Source of the DNA: Alkalilimnicola ehrlichii MLHE-1
GTDB lineage: Bacteria; Pseudomonadota; Gammaproteobacteria; Nitrococcales; Halorhodospiraceae
DNA length: 32,000 nucleotides
Direction of reading: 5' to 3'
NCBI RefSeq assembly: GCF_000014785.1
Contig: NC_008340.1
Coordinates: 3,090,001 to 3,122,000, forward strand
Both the position numbers and the translations under genes were made by a program. A model generated the notes under the pieces. That model was not told where the DNA came from. It saw nothing but the letters and a program-made list of their open reading frames with translations, and did no database searches. Shown here one piece after another: positions 15,865 to 22,235 of this stretch. Positions within the stretch are counted from its first letter, which is position 1. Every line of letters starts with the position of its first letter.

Positions 15865-17112
15865 TCAGTGGGCGGGCTCCAACCGATAGAGCCCCCCCGA
15901 CTCCTCATCCGTGAGCAGGTAGAGCCGGCCGTCCGGCCCCTGCCGCACATCCCGGATGCGCCCGAGGGTGCCGTCGAGCAGGAGCTCCTCGTGGACCACG
16001 CGGTCGCCCTCCAGCACCAGCCGGTGCAAGCGCTCCTCGGCCAGCGACCCGGCAAACAGATCGCCCTGCCAGCCCGGCACCTCATCACCGCTGTAGAAGG
16101 CGAGCCCTGAGGGGGCCATAGAGTAGTCCCAGTAGTGGACCGCCGGGGTCACGCCGGGGGCGGACCGGCCAATGCCGACCTGCTCGTCGGTGGAGTACTC
16201 GGTGCCGTAGGCCACTTGGGGCCAGCCGTAGTTGTTGCCGGGCTCGATCCGGTGGATCATGTCGCCGCCCCGGGGCCCGTGCTCGCTGGTCCAGATCTCA
16301 CCGGTCTCCGGGTGGATGGCCAGGCCCTGGTTGTTGCGGTGACCGAAGGAGTAGATCTCCGGCCGCAGGTTGCCCGGCGCCATGCCCACCAGCGGGTTGT
16401 CCTCGGCGGCGCCACCATCCTCGTTGAGGCGGATCATGGACCCGGCCGGATCGGTCAGATCCTGCGAGGGGGCGCGCAGGCCGCTGTCGCCGATGGAGAA
16501 GATCACGGTGCCGTCGCCCGGAAAGACGATCCGCGAGCCGTAGTGCCGGCCCGGGGCGGTGCGGGGCATCTGCACGTACAGCGTCTCCAGGTCGGTGAGC
16601 TGGCTGCCGTCGTCGCTCAACCGCGCCCGGGCCAGGGCGGTGCCGCTGCCAAACTCGGCGTCGCCGATGACCGCGTCCGGATCCCCCGGGCTGGAATAGG
16701 TCATGTAGATCCAGCCGTTGTCCTCGTAATCGGGGTGGACCGCCAGATCGAGCAGGCCGCCCTGCCAGCTCGCCTCCAGGGCCAGACCGTCGCGCTCCTC
16801 GGGGTTCACCCGGGGGGTATTACCCACGCGGGTGATGTCATCGCCATCCACCAGCCAGAGGCGGCCGGGGCGTTCGGTGACGAGCTTGCGGCCATCGGGC
16901 AGCCAGGCCACCGCCCAGGGGTGCTCCAACCCCTCCAGCACCTGGACGACATCAAAGCGGGCCTGCTCGCTCTCGACCCCGGCGGCCACCACCTGGTCAC
17001 TGCGACTGACCTCCGCCAGCGCCGACAGGCTGGTCACCAGCAAGACCGCTGGGACCGCTGCCCCGACTACGCAGCGGGCTGGGGTCGTAAGGAATGAACC
17101 AGGCTGCTGCAT
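15865..17112 (-). CDS. Soluble PQQ-dependent sugar (glucose/sorbosone) dehydrogenase, YliI/Asd-like beta-propeller
   Basis: Start trimmed to the ATG at 17112 (SD GAGGAGG), giving MQQPGSFL... with signal ...LSALAEV. Motifs LEHPWAVAWLPDGR, GGLLDLAVHPDY, FSIGD, GHRNNQGLAIHP, EHGPRGGD, NYGWP and GRIRDVRQGPDGRLYLLTD. Confidence 0.85.
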   Translation of the reverse strand: MQQPGSFLTTPARCVVGAAVPAVLLVTSLSALAEVSRSDQVVAAGVESEQARFDVVQVLEGLEHPWAVAWLPDGRKLVTERPGRLWLVDGDDITRVGNTPRVNPEERDGLALEASWQGGLLDLAVHPDYEDNGWIYMTYSSPGDPDAVIGDAEFGSGTALARARLSDDGSQLTDLETLYVQMPRTAPGRHYGSRIVFPGDGTVIFSIGDSGLRAPSQDLTDPAGSMIRLNEDGGAAEDNPLVGMAPGNLRPEIYSFGHRNNQGLAIHPETGEIWTSEHGPRGGDMIHRIEPGNNYGWPQVAYGTEYSTDEQVGIGRSAPGVTPAVHYWDYSMAPSGLAFYSGDEVPGWQGDLFAGSLAEERLHRLVLEGDRVVHEELLLDGTLGRIRDVRQGPDGRLYLLTDEESGGLYRLEPAH

Positions 17113-17203
17113 GGTGCCTCCTCGGGTAGACCTATTGCCGGAATGTAACGGATAGCATAGCCACCCGACACCGGTCCGACAGGACGCCGCCCTTGGGAGG
17201 GGC

Positions 17204-18010
17204 TCAGTCCGCGTTGGGGAAGAACAATCGCTCGCCACGCAGGGTGTAGCGGGCGATGGCGCTCTGCCCGGTCTCGGAGAGCAGCCACTCGTGCCACTGC
17301 CGGGCCCGTTCGTGGTTCAGGTGGGGATGGCGTTCGGCGCTCAGCAGCAGGGTCCCGTACGGGTTGTGCAACGCCTCATCCCCCTGGAACAGGATCTCGA
17401 GACGCTGGCGGTTATCGAAGGCGACCCAGGTGGCGCGGTCCGACAGCACATAGGCATCCATGGCGGCGGCGGTATTGAGGGTGGGCCCCATACCGCCGCC
17501 CAACGCCCGGTACCAGCGCCCGGAGGGCGCGATACCGGCCGCTTGCCACAGCCGCTGCTCCGCCCGGTGGGTACCGCTGTCGTCGCCGCGGGAGGTGAAA
17601 GGCGCGCGGGCCCCGGCGATGCGCTGCAGGGCATCGGCGATGTCGTCGGCATGGCCCACATCCGCAGGGTCGTCTGCCGGGCCGATGAGGACAAAATCGT
17701 TGTACATCACATCGCGCCGCTCGACCGCATAACCGGCCTCGACAAAGGCCCGCTCACCGACAGGGTCGTGGACCAGCAGGCTGTCCACATCACCCCGCCG
17801 GGCAAGGGCGAAGGCCTGGCCGGTGCCCACGGCGATCACCCGCACGTCGATGCCCGTCGCCTCTGAGAATTTCGGGATGATGTGCTGGAACAGGCCGGAC
17901 TGCTCGGTGGAGGTGGTGGAGGCCAGGGTGATGTAATCCCGCGCCTGGGCCGTGCCCGCCAGAGTCAGCGCGGCCAGGCCGATGAGGATCCAACAAACGC
18001 TTCTGATCAT
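17204..18010 (-). CDS. tupA: Tungstate(/molybdate)-type ABC transporter periplasmic binding protein
   Basis: Start trimmed to the ATG at 18010 (MIRSVCWILIGLAALTLAGTAQA). ITLASTTSTEQSGL...VIAVGTGQAFALARRGDVDSLLVHD...RRDVMYNDFVLIGPADDPA matches the remembered TupA pattern (TTTS-type anion motif). Confidence 0.7.
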   Translation of the reverse strand: MIRSVCWILIGLAALTLAGTAQARDYITLASTTSTEQSGLFQHIIPKFSEATGIDVRVIAVGTGQAFALARRGDVDSLLVHDPVGERAFVEAGYAVERRDVMYNDFVLIGPADDPADVGHADDIADALQRIAGARAPFTSRGDDSGTHRAEQRLWQAAGIAPSGRWYRALGGGMGPTLNTAAAMDAYVLSDRATWVAFDNRQRLEILFQGDEALHNPYGTLLLSAERHPHLNHERARQWHEWLLSETGQSAIARYTLRGERLFFPNAD

Positions 18011-18070
18011 CCCCTGCCCTGTCGCCACGCTGCGCCCCTCCAAGCCGGCGCCCGGTCCGACGACCGGGCG

Positions 18071-18850
18071 CTACCAGACCAGCTCGCCCCGGGTGAAGGC
18101 GCGCGCCTCCGGGCTCCGGGGCCGTTCGAAAAAGTCCGCGACCGGCGTACGTTCCAACAGCCGACCGCCACAGATGAAGACCACCTCATCGGCCAGACGC
18201 CGGGCCTGGCCCAAGTCGTGGGTGGTCATCACGATCCGCGTGCCCCGGCGGTCGAACCCCGCCACCGCCTCCTCCACCGCCTTGGTGGCGGCCGGATCGA
18301 GCGCGGCGGTGGGCTCGTCCAGGAACAGCACCTCCGGCTCCAACGCCCAGGCCCGCGCCAGCGCCAGGCGCTGCTGTTCGCCACCGGAGAGCACCCGCGC
18401 CGGCCGCCGCGCCAGCGGCGCCAGCCCGAACCGGGTCAGTGCGGCCATGGCCCGCTCTCGCCGTTGACGCCGGCGGTAGCCCTGCGCCGCGAGGGCAAAG
18501 GTCACGTTGGCCAGTGCCGAGCGGCGCAGCATCACCGGACGCTGGAACACCATGGCCTGCCGGCGGCGCCGCTCCTCGGCCCGGCCTCCCCGGGGGCCGC
18601 GCCAGACCAGCTCCCCCTCGGTGGGCGTCAACAGCCCGTGGCAGATGCGCATCAGCAGGCTCTTGCCGGCCCCATTCGGCCCCATGACGATGGTCTTGCC
18701 GCGCCCGCCGATCCGCAGATCGACCCCCTGGAGCAGGGGCTGCCCCCGGTGGCGAAAGCCGATGCCCTTCAACTCCAGGGGCAGCAGGGCCGACTCGACC
18801 CGCCCGGCGGACTCCGGGCCCGGCCCCGCGTCTGACACTGGCTGCAACAT
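18071..18850 (-). CDS. tupC: ABC transporter ATP-binding protein of the tup system
   Basis: Walker A GPNGAGKS, signature LSGGEQQR, Walker B LFLDEPT. I prefer the ATG at 18850 (GGGAGG SD 7 nt upstream) over the track's GTG at 18856. Confidence 0.75.
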   Translation of the reverse strand: MLQPVSDAGPGPESAGRVESALLPLELKGIGFRHRGQPLLQGVDLRIGGRGKTIVMGPNGAGKSLLMRICHGLLTPTEGELVWRGPRGGRAEERRRRQAMVFQRPVMLRRSALANVTFALAAQGYRRRQRRERAMAALTRFGLAPLARRPARVLSGGEQQRLALARAWALEPEVLFLDEPTAALDPAATKAVEEAVAGFDRRGTRIVMTTHDLGQARRLADEVVFICGGRLLERTPVADFFERPRSPEARAFTRGELVW

Positions 18851-18852
18851 GT

Positions 18853-19551
18853 TCACGCCTCCCGCCGCTTGGCCGCCTCACTCACCAGGAAGGCGACGCC
18901 GTTCACGACCGCCACCAGGGTCAACAGGATGATGCCCAAACCCAGCGCCAGGGCGAGGTTACCCCGGCTGGTCTCCAGGGCGATGGCCGTCGTCATCACC
19001 CGGGTCACGCCGTCGATATTGCCGCCGACGATGAGCACCGCCCCGACCTCCGCGCTGGCCCGACCAAAGCCGGCCAACACCACCGTGATCAGGCTGAAGC
19101 GGGCATCCCACAACAGGGTGGGGATGGCCCGCCCCTTGGTGACCCCCAGCGACCCGAGCTGCTCGCCGTACTCCTGCCACAGGTCCTCAATCACCTGGCG
19201 GGAGAGCGCGGCGATGATGGGCAGCACCAGCACCACCTGGGCGATCACCATGGCGGTGGGGGTGAACAGCAGCCCGAACGGCCCCAACGGCCCGGCGCGG
19301 GAGAGCATCAGGTAGACCGTCAGCCCCGCCACCACCGGTGGCAGCCCCATGAAGGCGTTGAGGACCACCACGATCAGGCCCCGGCCCGGGAACCGCCAAA
19401 GCGCCACCACCGCCCCCAGGGGCAGTGCGATCAAGCTGGCGATCACCACCGCGGTCAGCGAGACCTGCAGGGAGAGGCTGACGATGCCCATCAGGGCCGG
19501 GTCAAGCCCGACGATGAGTTCCCAGGCGGTGGCGAAAGCGTTCGGCTGCAT
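18853..19551 (-). CDS. tupB: ABC transporter permease of the tup system (BPD-type inner-membrane component)
   Basis: Hydrophobic ~232 aa. Start taken as the ATG at 19551 (MQPNAFATAWELIVGLDP...) rather than the GTG at 19593. No clear SD for either start. Directly followed by the ATPase gene. Confidence 0.7.
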   Translation of the reverse strand: MQPNAFATAWELIVGLDPALMGIVSLSLQVSLTAVVIASLIALPLGAVVALWRFPGRGLIVVVLNAFMGLPPVVAGLTVYLMLSRAGPLGPFGLLFTPTAMVIAQVVLVLPIIAALSRQVIEDLWQEYGEQLGSLGVTKGRAIPTLLWDARFSLITVVLAGFGRASAEVGAVLIVGGNIDGVTRVMTTAIALETSRGNLALALGLGIILLTLVAVVNGVAFLVSEAAKRREA

Positions 19552-19732
19552 GACCAGGAAAGATAGTCGGAAAACGGCTGCACTGGGGCACACAGTCTGC
19601 CGACAACCGCTGCATCATGAAATGGAAACAGCCTTACAACGCGAATATGCAGGATAAGGGGCGGCCACCGCCGGCAGCGCGGGCGATGGCCGAAGCCGAG
19701 AGGAGAGGTGGATCAAGGGCGGGCGGGGGCCG

Positions 19733-19933
19733 TCACACCGGACGCTCCTGCTTGAACCCCAGCTTGCGCAGCACCGCCATCGCCGGGCACCAGCCAGAGA
19801 ATGCGGATTGCAGCAGGTTCAGCCCGACGAAGGCGGTGAACAGCAGCCAGGCCTCGTGGTGAGCGTAGGCCAGCACCACGGTGAGCAGCACGAAGAAGCC
19901 GGCGAGCATGCGAAGTCCAGCGTTTACGGTCAT
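19733..19933 (-). CDS. DUF2892 (YgaP-like) small membrane protein
   Basis: 66 aa with two hydrophobic helices. The characteristic LLQSAFSGWCP motif is near the C-terminus. Confidence 0.7.
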   Translation of the reverse strand: MTVNAGLRMLAGFFVLLTVVLAYAHHEAWLLFTAFVGLNLLQSAFSGWCPAMAVLRKLGFKQERPV

Positions 19934-19978
19934 CGGTCATATCTCCCTAATCATCAGTCTCAGGAACGGCGCATCGGT

Positions 19979-21352
19979 TCAGAACCGGAAGCGCACGCGG
20001 GCATAGAGATTGGAATCCCGCTTGAACTGCCCGTAGAACGTATGGCGGTCCTTGCCGCCAAAGAGGTTGCCGCCGAAGGTGTAGGTAACGGCATCCGAGG
20101 CGCGGTAGCGGACGCTCGGACGCAGGTAGTAATCCTCGTCGGCGGGCGAGAGGTAGCTGAACAGCGACCAGATCAGATCGTCGCGCCACATGGAATAGGT
20201 CAGCCGGACGGTGACGACATCCCGGTAGGCCTCCGGCAGGTAGTCCTCGTCGGCCATCCAGCGCGCCTTCAGTTCATCGTGGTCCTGCAGCCGTTCGGCG
20301 TAGTACTGCAGGCCCAGATCGAGGTTGGCGATCAGCTCCCGGGTGTACCCCAGGAGAAACCGCACCTGGGAGTTGGGCACCCACGGTGCTGCCTTGCCGT
20401 CGCGGTTATCCACCGAGTCGTAGTAACCGATCTCGGCATTACCGATACCGCCGGCCACCGGGGCCCGCACACTGGCGCCGTAGGCGTTCAGCCGGGCGTG
20501 GGTGAGACGCGGCTGGTCCGCGGTGCCGATCTGCTCGCTGGGCTGAGGGAAAAAGCCGCGGTAGAGATAACCGGCCAGCTCCACCCCACCGACCCGCCGG
20601 GAGAGGCGGGCGGCCAGCTCGCCATCGTCCGGGAAGTCGTCCGGGGCAGTGGCGGGCAGCGACTCGGCGGTGCGCGCCCCGGTGGCGGGATCGAAGTAGG
20701 ACAGGCGATCGCCGTCGACGAAGCGGTCCGGCTCGAACACCGGGGTCCAGACCACGTCCAGGGTGACGGCGTCGCCGTACCAGGTCCCGCGCAGGGCATC
20801 GGAGGGGGCCTGCAGGTAGTCCTCGTCGCGGCCGGTCAGGAAGGATTCGAAGTCCTTGGGGAACAGATCGTTGACGAAGAGCAGGTCCCCCGTGCCCCAG
20901 GAGAGGATCTGCCGCCCGGCCCGGACATCCAGCCGGTCGCCGACGGGGAAGCTGACCCGGGCCTCGCGCAGCTCACCGCGCAACTCTTCGTCGACGCCGT
21001 CGGCCACCCCGTCGGCACGCACCCGGAAGCGGTAACGGCGCCAGTCGCCGCGCATGTCCAACTGCAGGCGGGCCTCGGCCAGGTTGTAGTCCTTGTCGGT
21101 GACCCGGTTGTTGCGGATGTGATGCCCCCCGGCGGCCTCGAAAAAGCCTTCGAGGTCGAAGGGCAGCCCGCTCTCCTCCTCCCAAGGGTCGTCCTCCCAG
21201 GGGTCATCGTCCCAGGACTCCTCCCCCCAGGCGTCGTCCTCCCACAGGTCGTCGCCCTGGGCGAGCGCCACCGGCGACCCCACGCCGAGCAGGACCGACA
21301 GCGCAACCGCGGCGATGGGCGCCGCCGCCCTGACCGTCTGATGGCCCGGCAT
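19979..21352 (-). CDS. Uncharacterised outer-membrane beta-barrel protein (DUF1302/alginate-export-like) with an acidic Trp-repeat N-terminus
   Basis: Start taken as the ATG at 21352 (SD GGGAGGTGA). Signal peptide ...SPVALAQG. GRQILSWGTGD motif, alternating strand pattern, C-terminal ...YARVRFRF. The family name is tentative. Confidence 0.6.
   Translation of the reverse strand: MPGHQTVRAAAPIAAVALSVLLGVGSPVALAQGDDLWEDDAWGEESWDDDPWEDDPWEEESGLPFDLEGFFEAAGGHHIRNNRVTDKDYNLAEARLQLDMRGDWRRYRFRVRADGVADGVDEELRGELREARVSFPVGDRLDVRAGRQILSWGTGDLLFVNDLFPKDFESFLTGRDEDYLQAPSDALRGTWYGDAVTLDVVWTPVFEPDRFVDGDRLSYFDPATGARTAESLPATAPDDFPDDGELAARLSRRVGGVELAGYLYRGFFPQPSEQIGTADQPRLTHARLNAYGASVRAPVAGGIGNAEIGYYDSVDNRDGKAAPWVPNSQVRFLLGYTRELIANLDLGLQYYAERLQDHDELKARWMADEDYLPEAYRDVVTVRLTYSMWRDDLIWSLFSYLSPADEDYYLRPSVRYRASDAVTYTFGGNLFGGKDRHTFYGQFKRDSNLYARVRFRF
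21167..21253 (-). repeat. Five in-frame pentapeptide repeats x-W-[DEG]-[DE]-[DE] (15-nt periodic DNA repeat) at the mature N-terminus of the beta-barrel protein
   Basis: The protein reads DD-LWEDD-AWGEE-SWDDD-PWEDD-PWEEE-SG, with Trp at residues 37, 42, 47, 52 and 57. The + strand shows periodic CCA(G/A)GG...GTCGTC units. Confidence 0.85.
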
Positions 21353-21357
21353 GGCGA

Positions 21358-22212
21358 TCACCTCCCGCGCAACCAGTCCCGCGGCGGATTACGCAGGCTG
21401 CGCTCGCTGAACACCGCGGCCGGGATCCCCAGATCGTATTCCACGCCCCGGAACTGCACCAGGGTGTGCCCGCCGCTCTCCAGGTCGTCCACCCGCATGC
21501 GCATGGCGGTGGGATAACCATCCACCTCCCGGATGTCGGTGCTGGCGATACGCCGGTACACCTCGCCATCCTGATCCTCGTACTCGATCCGCACCGGCAG
21601 GTCGGTGGCCCGGTCGATCCAGGTGGTGTAGGCGGCGAACTCCACCGAGCCGGGGTCCCGGGGAGTGGAACGCAGCACGTAGTACTCGTCGGTGACCTCC
21701 TGCAGGGTGTGCTCGTCGTCCTCGAGATGCCGCCCGGAGACATCCTCGTAGAAGACGTGCGAGCCGACGAAGCTGGTGCGCTTGTCGCCGGGTGCGATGC
21801 GCCGCACCAGGTCCATGTCCGGCAGATAGAGCCAGCGATCGTCATCGGCCCCCGGGTGCTTTTCCACCAGGAAGACCACGTTGCGGTACTCTGAGGGCCG
21901 GCTGAAGACCACCAGGTAGTGCTGCTCACCCCCCGCCTCCACGTCGCGGCGCAGGATGGTGAACTGGCGGGTCTGCTCCCGGCCCCGGCCATCGACAATG
22001 AGCATGCGGGCCTCGGTACGGCCGTCATTGCCGGCGTAGTAAGAGGCGTTGTTGGCCCGCTCCACGATCTCGGCGGCGGTGGGCGGCTCGTCGGCGTGGC
22101 CGGCGAGCGGCAGCGCAAAGAGGGCCAGGGCCAGCGCGGCGGCGCGCAGCCGTCCCACCACCGGGGCCAACCGGGGCCGGCGCAGGCAGTGAACAGGAAC
22201 AATGTGGCTCAT
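21358..22212 (-). CDS. LolA-like periplasmic 'outer membrane lipoprotein-sorting' family protein
   Basis: The track ORF (525 aa) runs into the RND gene. Trimmed to the ATG at 22212 (SD GGGAGG), giving MSHIVPV... with signal ...ALFALPLAGHA. AEIVERANNASYYAGNDGRTEARMLIVD...QFTILRRD...RWLYLPDMDLVRRI is typical of LolA-like (DUF1329-related) proteins. Confidence 0.65.
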   Translation of the reverse strand: MSHIVPVHCLRRPRLAPVVGRLRAAALALALFALPLAGHADEPPTAAEIVERANNASYYAGNDGRTEARMLIVDGRGREQTRQFTILRRDVEAGGEQHYLVVFSRPSEYRNVVFLVEKHPGADDDRWLYLPDMDLVRRIAPGDKRTSFVGSHVFYEDVSGRHLEDDEHTLQEVTDEYYVLRSTPRDPGSVEFAAYTTWIDRATDLPVRIEYEDQDGEVYRRIASTDIREVDGYPTAMRMRVDDLESGGHTLVQFRGVEYDLGIPAAVFSERSLRNPPRDWLRGR

Positions 22213-22235
22213 AACGGGACCTCCCATAGCGAGTG

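Noticed and set aside
19552-19732. A Moco/Tuco riboswitch in the ~180-nt leader of tupB. I considered it because the start codon lacks a clear SD and the cargo is a Mo/W oxyanion.
   Set aside because: I could not recognise the conserved Moco-motif core by eye. A covariance-model scan (Rfam Moco RNA motif) on the minus strand would decide.
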